Positions 17,015 to 24,139 of a stretch of 24,139 bases of DNA are shown here, in pieces. Numbering within the stretch: position 1 is the first letter of the stretch; each line of letters begins with the position of its first letter. The DNA is from a virus: the IMG/VR virus record IMGVR_UViG_3300005265_000764; one strand, 5' to 3'. The notes beneath the pieces are model-generated. The model had not been told where the DNA came from, ran no database searches, and saw nothing but the letters and a program-made list of their open reading frames with translations. The translations under genes were made by a program, and so were the position numbers.

Positions 17015-17221
17015 CTATCTCTCCATCATCCGGTTGAGGGAGTTAACTATTTCAATAGTAACTTTTTGAATACGTACCCCTGGTTGGTTGTCTTTTATAA
17101 ACATCAAGTGGTCGTTATCTTTTATGTTTAAAATATCTCTGACTGCTTTGGGGAATGTTATCCGTTTTCTTGATTTAACTTGTATAATTTTTATAATGGT
17201 TTCTTTTGGCTGTTCAACCAT
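17015..17221 (-). CDS. AbrB/MazE/SpoVT-family DNA-binding protein
   Basis: IIQVKSRKRITFPKAVRDILNIKDNDHLMFI matches the V...G.ITIPK.IR..LGI..GD.L.F pattern. Confidence 0.8.
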   Translation of the reverse strand: MVEQPKETIIKIIQVKSRKRITFPKAVRDILNIKDNDHLMFIKDNQPGVRIQKVTIEIVNSLNRMMER

Positions 17222-17252
17222 ATAAATCAAGTTGTAATGTGTTTTTTGCTTT

Positions 17253-17274
17253 TAATATTTTCCCATTTTTCCCA
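17253..17274 (-). promoter_or_regulatory. 9-bp-phased GGG motif, site 5, in the divergent AbrB/radical-SAM promoter
   Basis: - strand TGGGAAAAATGGGAAAATATTA; + strand CTTTTTAAAA box about 13 nt downstream, before the radical SAM gene. Confidence 0.7.
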
Positions 17275-17324
17275 TTTTTCACAACCTTTTTAAAACCAAA
17301 CGATATTACAAAGCTGGTGATGGT

Positions 17325-18284
17325 TTGGAGTTAAAAGAGTTAGTGATATATTTATCAAATGAATGTAATCTTAAATGTAAACACTGTTTCGTTAATCAGA
17401 GAGAAACGCAATCGTTAACATTAGCTGATTTAGAATGGATAAGGGAGACTTTTAAATCTAAAAAAACTATTCTTCTTGGCGGTGAACCTTTACTATATGA
17501 GCATCTTGAAACTGTTTTTAAAATGTTTCCTAATATCCAGATTAGCACGAATGGTTTGTTAATTGATAAGAATCTTAGGCTTTTGAAGAAATATAATGTT
17601 GTTTCTCAACTATCTATAGAAGGGGGTGAGAAAGAAACTGATTCTATACGGGGGTTGGGTGTTTGGGATAAAGTCATGGAGAGTGCTAAGTTGCTTCAAA
17701 AATATAAACTTGAGTTTTATTTCCGTGTAGGGTATCATTTTGGTAATTTGAAAATGCTTGATGAAGTGTTTGATGCTGCTAAAAAGTTTAAAGCGAGAGT
17801 TGTTTTGTTTCCACGGATTGATTTACCACCGTTGTCTACTAAGCTTCAGGAGGAATTATTTGAGTATGCTTTAAACATGAATAGTGTTGTTGCTCAGCCT
17901 CATTTTTTTAGATACTGTGGTAAAGAAGGGCGTTGTGGTGCTGGTAGTGAACGGCTTAACATATTTTATGATAAACGTATTACTCCTTGTAACCTTGACC
18001 TTGATTATACCATTGGTAGAATCGGGGATGATGAGGAAAGTATAAAGCGAAATATCAAGATTTATTTGGAAGAGTATAAAGTTCCACCTGTTGAATGCAC
18101 TGGGTGTAAATATAGTGGTAGTTGCAGAGGTAGTTGTTACGTTGCCAGGTCATACTTGGGGTGTCCTCTTAGGTTGAATCATAGCCTTGAGGATTATATT
18201 GTTACTAACCGTCTTGATGCTGAAAAAGTGCATAAACAGGTTGATGTTAATACTGATTTCATTAAAAGCGTTATAGTATGCTAA
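17325..18284 (+). CDS. radical SAM protein with C-terminal SPASM domain
   Basis: CNLKCKHC (CxxxCxxC), LLGGEP, STNG, SIEG, then CGAG...ITPC...CTGCKYSGSCRGSC SPASM cysteines; TTG start after GGTGA. Confidence 0.9.
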   Translation: MELKELVIYLSNECNLKCKHCFVNQRETQSLTLADLEWIRETFKSKKTILLGGEPLLYEHLETVFKMFPNIQISTNGLLIDKNLRLLKKYNVVSQLSIEGGEKETDSIRGLGVWDKVMESAKLLQKYKLEFYFRVGYHFGNLKMLDEVFDAAKKFKARVVLFPRIDLPPLSTKLQEELFEYALNMNSVVAQPHFFRYCGKEGRCGAGSERLNIFYDKRITPCNLDLDYTIGRIGDDEESIKRNIKIYLEEYKVPPVECTGCKYSGSCRGSCYVARSYLGCPLRLNHSLEDYIVTNRLDAEKVHKQVDVNTDFIKSVIVC

Positions 18285-18443
18285 AATATTTTACTCCTAA
18301 GACTAATGCACCGAGTAAACTCGTCAACTACCACCGTTTGAAAGGTGGCTTGTCTGGTGACAGGCAACGTAAGAGTTGATTAGGAGGCATAAGAAAATAT
18401 GCAGAAGTTATTAGTAGAGCAACAGAAAGTTTTCTTTTTTCAT
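18271..18443 (-). pseudogene. 25-aa membrane micro-gene interrupted by a 95-bp insert
   Basis: Deleting 18323..18417 yields MKKENFLLLSLLGALVLGVKYFSIL*, with a GGGGTGA SD overlapping the upstream stop; as it stands it reads MKKENFLLLY*. Confidence 0.65.
18323..18417 (+). mobile_element. 5'-end fragment of an IS200/IS605-family IscB element (HEARO/omega-RNA-type), no ORF retained
   Basis: Begins GTCAACTACCACCGTTTGAAAGGTGGCTTG (CCACC/GGTGG hairpin), second hairpin TTGTCTG-GTGA-CAGGCAA, closing GTTGATTAG able to pair with the 5' end, then GAGGCAT...ATGCAGAAGTTA; this is the layout I recognise from HEARO/IscB left ends. Confidence 0.75.
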
Positions 18444-18447
18444 AATT

Positions 18448-18819
18448 TCACCCCATTAATGGTGAAGCAGTTATTATCATCATAAGCCCTGCTCCGAAGA
18501 TGTATCCTTGTGCAGGTCCAAGTGTACGTAATGCTTCCCCTAGTTTACCTGTGGCTTTACTATAGTAACTACCGATGAAACTTAGAGTAACTAAAGATAG
18601 TCCTATTATAATATTTATAGGGTAGGAGAAGATAAAGTTTTTTAGGTCTTCAGCAAATTTTGAGAGTTTTTCATAGAACGAGGCGTTTTGTGGTTGAAAA
18701 GTTGTTTGTTTTATTGTTGTTTCATAACTAGGTGGGCTTAAAAAAGATAAAAATAAAACAAAAAAAAGAATTAGGGATGCCCCTAACAATATTTGTATAG
18801 TTTTATCTAAACGCTGCAA
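18448..18819 (-). CDS. membrane protein (3 TM)
   Basis: TTG start after GGTGAG; three hydrophobic segments. Confidence 0.75.
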   Translation of the reverse strand: MQRLDKTIQILLGASLILFFVLFLSFLSPPSYETTIKQTTFQPQNASFYEKLSKFAEDLKNFIFSYPINIIIGLSLVTLSFIGSYYSKATGKLGEALRTLGPAQGYIFGAGLMMIITASPLMG

Positions 18820-18844
18820 GAAGGCTCACCTATTAGTTTTGAAT

Positions 18845-19270
18845 TTAGTCTTCAAGTATGCCTAGTTCCCATCCTGGATATTTTATCTCTGGTTTAACTG
18901 CGATGATGGTGTCTTTGTGGAATAACGATGCAAGTAGTATCAGTTGTAAAGCGAAGACTATTACTCCTGCTGGTGTGAGAACAATGGACAGTATGCCTAA
19001 GACTACTCCTATCATGTTTAGAACTACTGCTACTAACCAAGCGTTTTTATCGAGATTCCAGAGATATATCGCCAATACTAGGTAGACTATAGCCAATGCG
19101 AATAAGAAAACAGATACACCGGCTGTGAACGAAACTAAAGGAAAAATGTCTGTGATTATTCCCTGGCTTGTTAAGATACCTAGTACCCCAAAAAGGCTAG
19201 TAACTCCAGCGATGGCGAACATTATAACGTTTAATACTATGCCCCATGGTTTGTTTATATTTATCACCAA
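18845..19270 (-). CDS. membrane protein (4 TM)
   Basis: Four hydrophobic helices; TTG/GTG start about 25 nt after a TATA-like box adjacent to repeat B. Confidence 0.8.
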   Translation of the reverse strand: MVININKPWGIVLNVIMFAIAGVTSLFGVLGILTSQGIITDIFPLVSFTAGVSVFLFALAIVYLVLAIYLWNLDKNAWLVAVVLNMIGVVLGILSIVLTPAGVIVFALQLILLASLFHKDTIIAVKPEIKYPGWELGILED

Positions 19271-19300
19271 CTCTTAGAACCAGTTTTTTGGATATAAGTT

Positions 19301-19326
19301 TTACTGGTTTTAATGGGAAAAACGGG
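19301..19326 (+). repeat. 26-bp exact repeat B, copy 2 (phased GGG site 6)
   Basis: Identical to 11543..11568. Confidence 0.9.
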
Positions 19327-19395
19327 AATATATCGGGAGGAAAGAAAACCTTTGGAGGCATGCTGTGTAACAGATTTTTGCCTAAGTTTTTTTCC

Positions 19396-20379
19396 TTATC
19401 CCGTATTCCCTTTTTTCTTTTTATTATTTTTAGCTAGTAAAACTACTAAAAATAAACTAAACACGGGGATAATAAACAGTATAACAGGAAATACTTTTTT
19501 GGGATAATCGTGAGGGTTTAGAGGGTCTGTCCCGTAGATTTTTATCTCGTCATAATCACTGTATCCATCACCATCTGTATCTTTTTTGTAAGGGTCCGTG
19601 CCATAGTTTTTTTCTTCTGCATCTGTAAGACCATCGCCATCACTATCTACATTGTATAATGGTGGTTTTCCTGCTCCACCTCCTCCCCCAGATGGTGGGG
19701 CTATTGTGGATGTAGTAAAAGTTTTAGAGGCAGAGGCGTTACCCCCAGTAAACGAAATGCTGCAGAGACCAACATATGTTGTAGATGGATTGATACAGTA
19801 TATCCTTTCTGACCCAGCGGGTACAGCAAAAGTATCTGCTCCACTGTCAAGAATAAAACCTGTGTCTACCCTGGAGAGTTGCCAAGATACTGTTATATCT
19901 GCATCACTTCCACCTGCATTTTCAACGATGCACATTATACTAAGGTCAGGAATTATTCCATCCAGTATAACAATGTCTTTTATATCAAAAAGAGCTGGTA
20001 TTTGCACTAGGATATAGCTTCCAGTATATGTTGACCAAAGATTAAATGTGGCATTATAGCTCCATGCACGGTAGTAGTATGTGTTACCGCTTACTACATC
20101 GCCATCTATATATGTTTCACCTGTTGAGTTGTAAACAAAGTCTCCATCAGTGATACTTGTAGGGTAACTATCTGGTTTACGTCTTATAAGCGTTGTATCT
20201 GCAGCGATATTTTTAGTCCAATTTATTTGTACTGTAGCTAAGGGTGTTAGAGAAAGAGTGAAATCAGATGGGGGAGCGATTACATCAATGGTAATATTAA
20301 AATTGTCTTGAGTATCTCCTAATGCATAACTAGCCGAAAAAAGAAGAAACAATATAACTAATACACTGCTACGCATCAT
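19396..20379 (-). CDS. membrane-anchored surface protein: FN3-like, Ig-like, Ca-binding TSP3-like repeats, C-terminal TM
   Basis: Signal peptide; GNTYYYRAWSYN; PPSGGGGGAG linker; DSDGDGLTDAEE..GTDP..DTDGDGYSDYDE..GTDP; TM plus KKKK. Confidence 0.85.
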   Translation of the reverse strand: MMRSSVLVILFLLFSASYALGDTQDNFNITIDVIAPPSDFTLSLTPLATVQINWTKNIAADTTLIRRKPDSYPTSITDGDFVYNSTGETYIDGDVVSGNTYYYRAWSYNATFNLWSTYTGSYILVQIPALFDIKDIVILDGIIPDLSIMCIVENAGGSDADITVSWQLSRVDTGFILDSGADTFAVPAGSERIYCINPSTTYVGLCSISFTGGNASASKTFTTSTIAPPSGGGGGAGKPPLYNVDSDGDGLTDAEEKNYGTDPYKKDTDGDGYSDYDEIKIYGTDPLNPHDYPKKVFPVILFIIPVFSLFLVVLLAKNNKKKKGNTG

Positions 20380-20419
20380 AGTATAATATGGATATTAGTT
20401 ATTAAATCTAATTGTTTAA

Positions 20420-21442
20420 TTAATACCATTTTCTTCTTCGTGATAAAAAGAGTATGAGAACAATGATTACAATGATGACAGCTATTATTATCATTAAGTA
20501 ATGTGTTGGGATTGAAAAAAATGAAAAACCTGTATTTCCTGTTCCATATGATACAGTTATTTTTCCTGTTAGGTATTCATCACCCATTGCGATAACATCA
20601 TATTTATAATTAAACCGAGTAGATGGCATTATAAAACTAGCGAGTCCTTCGTTGTTTATTGTCTTGGTTTCTCCATTGAATGTTACTTTTACATTATTTG
20701 GTATTTTACTCCATGACTTACTAGGCGGTCCATATGTTATTTTTACTCTAAATGGTTTTCCTTTTTCAATAGTATCTAATACTTGGATATGTAGTGGAAA
20801 TTTAAAAGATATAAGAACTCGTAAATCTACTCCACCAGTCATAAATTCTTTTTCATTAGTAGTTGTTTTTCCTCTAAGATGTACTTCCCAGTGTTTATCA
20901 AAGTTTTCTAGGATATAACTGTTTGAAGCATCATAAAGGATGTTGATATTACATGCTCCATGTGGAGAAATCATTTCTTCTGTTCTCCATGTATGATGTG
21001 CTATTTTTTTTAAATGAAAGTTCCCACTTGCTTCTATAGAAAGCATCTCATATTCATCTCTTGGCATCACATCATAAAAGATTAGATTATGTCCTCCACA
21101 TTTTGTACAAGTTCCTTCTAAAGGGTCTCCATATTTATATCCTGGAATTGCTTCATAACGTTGCATCTCATTATGACAATCTTTACATATTACCCTTGCA
21201 TGGTTTATTTCTGAAGGGATGACAGTAAACGTATTTCTATCGCTATATGGCATGACTATTTCAAAAACACCATACTTTGGGATATCATCTCCATTTATTA
21301 ACGTTGCATTACCTATCACCATTGTCCCTACTTGGTTGCTAGTGATAATCTCTGCAGGTCCAAAACCAGTAGCAGCAGAAACATGAGGCATTATACCCAT
21401 TAATGATAACAGCAATAAGAGGATTACCTTATTTTTAAACAT
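20420..21442 (-). CDS. membrane-anchored surface protein with internal zinc ribbon
   Basis: Signal peptide; CKDC...CTKCGG; C-terminal TM plus RRRK. Confidence 0.85.
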   Translation of the reverse strand: MFKNKVILLLLLSLMGIMPHVSAATGFGPAEIITSNQVGTMVIGNATLINGDDIPKYGVFEIVMPYSDRNTFTVIPSEINHARVICKDCHNEMQRYEAIPGYKYGDPLEGTCTKCGGHNLIFYDVMPRDEYEMLSIEASGNFHLKKIAHHTWRTEEMISPHGACNINILYDASNSYILENFDKHWEVHLRGKTTTNEKEFMTGGVDLRVLISFKFPLHIQVLDTIEKGKPFRVKITYGPPSKSWSKIPNNVKVTFNGETKTINNEGLASFIMPSTRFNYKYDVIAMGDEYLTGKITVSYGTGNTGFSFFSIPTHYLMIIIAVIIVIIVLILFLSRRRKWY

Positions 21443-21467
21443 AGTTATAAATAAAATGTACTATGAA

Positions 21468-21498
21468 GTTAATATATTTTTCCCTTTTTTCCCATTTT
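21468..21498 (-). repeat. 31-bp exact repeat A, copy 2 (phased GGG site 7 fused to TATATTAA; promoter of 20420..21442)
   Basis: Identical to 13689..13719. Confidence 0.9.
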
Positions 21499-21501
21499 TT
21501 T

Positions 21502-21624
21502 CTAATGTTTGACTAATGTTGCTGTTACGGTTATACTCTGTTGCTCTCCAGTACTGGTACTAGTAGGTGCATCAAACCGTAAATCAAAGGTTTCATTCTG
21601 CCCAGCAGGGATCAATCCAAATAT
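21502..21624 (-). pseudogene. orphan C-terminal beta-strand coding remnant, out of frame with the large surface gene
   Basis: NIFGLIPAGQNETFDLRFDAPTSTSTGEQQSITVTATLVKH*, in the +1 frame relative to 21593..24139, with no convincing start of its own. Confidence 0.55.
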
Positions 21625-24139
21625 ATTCTAGTTGGTAATCAGTATAGTTGTTTGGGTCAGTACCCTGTTGATATTCATCATAATCAGAAACGCCATCATT
21701 ATCTGTATCACTAAGGAAAGGACTAGTGTATGTACTAAATAGTTCTTGATAATCATTTAGTCCATCATTATCACTATCCATACTAGATAATGTACTATTT
21801 GATGGAATATTAAAAATTAGAAAACTAATAACAGAACGATTCGATATTACCATTGGAAAATGTCCATTACTATCAATTATTGATACAAATTCATAAATAT
21901 CATTATCCACATAATTGGATGATGGTAAATAAGATGGTACATTTAATAATCCAGCATATAAATTAAAAGTATCATTATAATGTGTTTTTCCTGAATCCCA
22001 GTAAATATGAGATTGGCATTCACTGGCATTAATGTCACTGATTGATGCGTCAAATGTTTCAAGTGGACATTCTCTAGTTTTATCATATCCAATATTTTCT
22101 AGATTGCCATTATCAGATGACCACCAAACATGAAAATATATGTTTTTTAATTTCCAGGATGGAATACATACTGTTTCGTCAAACCAAAAAGCAACATATG
22201 ATGAACAATCTCTTTCTTCAATGGTCTCACTAGGTATTGTAGAATTTATAATTCCAGTATCATATTCACTTCCATCTGGTCCTTGGTCATGTCTAAGTCT
22301 ATCTTTTTTCCATGTTGTAGCTGTGGAATAATAAGTACTATGATAATAATATGGGTTATAGCTTATGTTCTCTGTTGTGCAACCTAATTGTACAAATCTT
22401 CTAAATAAACCTCCATCAATACCAACTTTTTCCCATTTAGATATATTTGATACTGCATTGTTATATGCTTTAATGTCAAAACTATAATTATACCCACTTG
22501 ATACAGAAATATTGCCAGAAGTATTAATTTCCCAATAATCGCCACCAGTATTTGTAAGGGCATAAGTATCATTAGTCCAAGTTGTTTCATTTAACCAGTT
22601 TAGATAAACGGTTGTTGCATTAGTAATAGTGCAGTTTATATAAATCCAATTTTCTATTTGTCTGCTATCATTAGTGTAATATCCTTCTCTCCATTCCACA
22701 ATATTATGATTTGATAAATTCTGCGATTCCCCTGGAGGTTGCCAATAAGGACCACCTGAATCCGATAAGTTACCTGCAAAATTAATAGTTATCGTAGGTG
22801 TAATACTTGTTGTTGTTTGTGTTTTTTCAGATGTGTATGTGGTTTCTGTTGCATCGCCGTTACGATATTTTACACGGAAACCATATGTTGTACCTGGTGA
22901 TAGACCTGTGCAGTTATAGTACCATCGGCTACCAGTGTAGTTTGTACCGCCGGTTATCCAACCGCTATCTGGTGGTGTACCAGTAACACCATCGAAGTAA
23001 CAACCGGTAGAACCAGTGTTGTAGTTTGGTGGAACAGATACACTCATGTTAATCCAAGATGTTCCATAGCTATCAATTGTGAACTCTGCATCAGTTGGTG
23101 GGTCAACAGCGGTGTACTCGTAACTAATACTACTGTAACTACCCTCATTTGGAGTAGAAGCACTATCCTTTGCTTTTACACGATAGCCATACCGGGTATT
23201 CTCAGATAAACCAGTGTCACTATATGTTGTGCTAGTCTGCCAACCACTATCTGTCCCACCAGTGTTACCAGTGACTTCATCAAAATAGTAATAAATAGGT
23301 GGACTGCTATCTGATGCTGTAGTTGCAACCATACTAATAGCACTACTGCTTGTTTCATATGGTTCAGTATCCCAAGTCATTGGGTCGGGACTGGGTGGGG
23401 TTGTATCAGCAGTAGAATATGTAACCTCTAGATAAGGGTCTCGGCTAGTGCCTGTATAATCAGCATAATAAACACCACAACGATAATTACCATTTGGTGC
23501 AGAATCGAGATAATCATGGTTGTATTCACGGCAACAAATCTTAGTAGTACCTGTCTTGTCAATATCGCTACATCCCTGACTGTTAAAACTAATACTATTA
23601 TAAGTGCTGATAGACCAAGAAGTGTGACCATACTCACTACCAGTAAAACTATCATAATCGCCTGAGGAAAGAGTAGAACCTTGTGTACCTTTCATAGCAC
23701 AAACACTACTTTCAGCATAATAAAAACCATATAGATAAAGAGTAGCACTATCAACTGTAGCAGTATCGGGAATACTGCTCGTGTCGAAATAGAAGAAAGA
23801 ACGATGAATTTCATAAACAAGAGCGTAGGATGCAGCGATTCCATTATTTAAACGGGTGCTAGTTGTATCTAGATTCCCAGAAGTTGCATCGTGACAAGTA
23901 TCCCAATTAAGATTAGAATAATAAACGGTCCCATCGTTTGTACTACTATAAAACGTACTAGTGGGGTCAAAAACCACAGGGAACTGCATCTGATTCAATG
24001 TTGTAACCTTGATACCACTAAAAAGATAGTAATAACCACCTATTTTTTTAAACCTAAACACTAAGTTTTTAGCATTAGAAACATTAAACTTTTCAAACAC
24101 AAAACCCACAGGGAGTGTGAAAAGAATCTTACCCTCAGC
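21593..24139 (-). CDS. large modular surface/adhesin-like protein (partial, N-terminus beyond the window): FPVVFDPT, DNRLRE-like domain, two FN3-like repeats, glycosylated beta region, TSP3-like repeats
   Basis: Frame open to the window edge (AEGKILFTLP before the GTG); HRSFFYFDTSSIPDTATVDSATLYLY; DSGW...TGLS..T.YG.RVK twice; DSDNDGLNDYQE..DTDNDGVSDYDE..GTDPN. Confidence 0.85.
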   Translation of the reverse strand, partial: AEGKILFTLPVGFVFEKFNVSNAKNLVFRFKKIGGYYYLFSGIKVTTLNQMQFPVVFDPTSTFYSSTNDGTVYYSNLNWDTCHDATSGNLDTTSTRLNNGIAASYALVYEIHRSFFYFDTSSIPDTATVDSATLYLYGFYYAESSVCAMKGTQGSTLSSGDYDSFTGSEYGHTSWSISTYNSISFNSQGCSDIDKTGTTKICCREYNHDYLDSAPNGNYRCGVYYADYTGTSRDPYLEVTYSTADTTPPSPDPMTWDTEPYETSSSAISMVATTASDSSPPIYYYFDEVTGNTGGTDSGWQTSTTYSDTGLSENTRYGYRVKAKDSASTPNEGSYSSISYEYTAVDPPTDAEFTIDSYGTSWINMSVSVPPNYNTGSTGCYFDGVTGTPPDSGWITGGTNYTGSRWYYNCTGLSPGTTYGFRVKYRNGDATETTYTSEKTQTTTSITPTITINFAGNLSDSGGPYWQPPGESQNLSNHNIVEWREGYYTNDSRQIENWIYINCTITNATTVYLNWLNETTWTNDTYALTNTGGDYWEINTSGNISVSSGYNYSFDIKAYNNAVSNISKWEKVGIDGGLFRRFVQLGCTTENISYNPYYYHSTYYSTATTWKKDRLRHDQGPDGSEYDTGIINSTIPSETIEERDCSSYVAFWFDETVCIPSWKLKNIYFHVWWSSDNGNLENIGYDKTRECPLETFDASISDINASECQSHIYWDSGKTHYNDTFNLYAGLLNVPSYLPSSNYVDNDIYEFVSIIDSNGHFPMVISNRSVISFLIFNIPSNSTLSSMDSDNDGLNDYQELFSTYTSPFLSDTDNDGVSDYDEYQQGTDPNNYTDYQLEYIWIDPCWAE

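Noticed and set aside
18399-18485. ATG-CAG-AAG-TTA ORF (MQKLLVE...) as the start of an IscB gene
   Set aside because: It leaves the insert after about 6 codons and stops shortly after; no RuvC/HNH/PLMP motif in any frame
9496-21498. Phased GGG repeats as a CRISPR or mini-array
   Set aside because: Copies are dispersed kilobases apart at promoters, not separated by constant-length spacers; no cas genes
21593-21640. Canonical programmed ribosomal frameshift joining the large ORF to the orphan tail
   Set aside because: No X-XXY-YYZ heptamer or obvious +1 shift site in the permitted window; kept only as an alternative in the finding
19501-21790. Two TSP3-like repeat regions as a possible DGR template/variable repeat pair
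   Set aside because: Nucleotide identity is low, mismatches are not adenine-specific, and there is no reverse transcriptase in the window
470-23655. Numerous antisense or nested ORFs in the track (e.g. 470..739, 5557..5763, 10279..10566, 14693..15046, 19652..20017, 22384..22590, 23428..23655)
   Set aside because: They lie opposite or within longer motif-bearing genes, lack SD or coupling, and read as shadow frames
1-24139. tRNA, rRNA, integrase/att site, capsid, terminase or DNA polymerase genes
   Set aside because: No cloverleaf, rRNA-like GC-rich segment or diagnostic protein motif was seen; they may lie outside the window

Overview
AT-rich fragment of what is most likely an archaeal virus or other extrachromosomal element. 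Host is unassigned; some secreted-protein modules resemble those I associate with sediment Thermoplasmatota (inference). It has two convergent arms. Arm 1 (1-8024, + strand) is a tightly packed DNA-metabolism operon: Ku-like protein, minimal ATP-dependent DNA ligase, PCNA, C-terminally truncated RFC-like clamp loader, AAA+-only MCM-like helicase and many small CxxC/hypothetical ORFs. Arm 2 (8047-24139, mostly - strand) encodes small hypothetical proteins, membrane and secreted glycoprotein-like proteins (FN3/Ig/TSP3 modules), an archaeal pilin-like protein, a thioredoxin-fold protein, wHTH/AbrB-type regulators and a radical SAM/SPASM enzyme. No capsid, terminase, portal, integrase, DNA polymerase, tRNA or CRISPR array was recognised. 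Highlights: (i) a Ku plus ligase end-joining-like pair; (ii) a 95-bp IscB/HEARO omega-RNA-type 5' fragment whose removal restores a 25-aa membrane micro-gene; (iii) seven 9-bp-phased GGG-N6-GGG promoter-associated sites, one in the AbrB-like gene's own promoter; (iv) two ~2.2-kb surface-protein blocks bracketed by the same 26-bp and 31-bp exact repeats; (v) a mosaic large surface protein followed by an orphan out-of-frame C-terminal tail. All assignments come from motif reading only; no searches were run.
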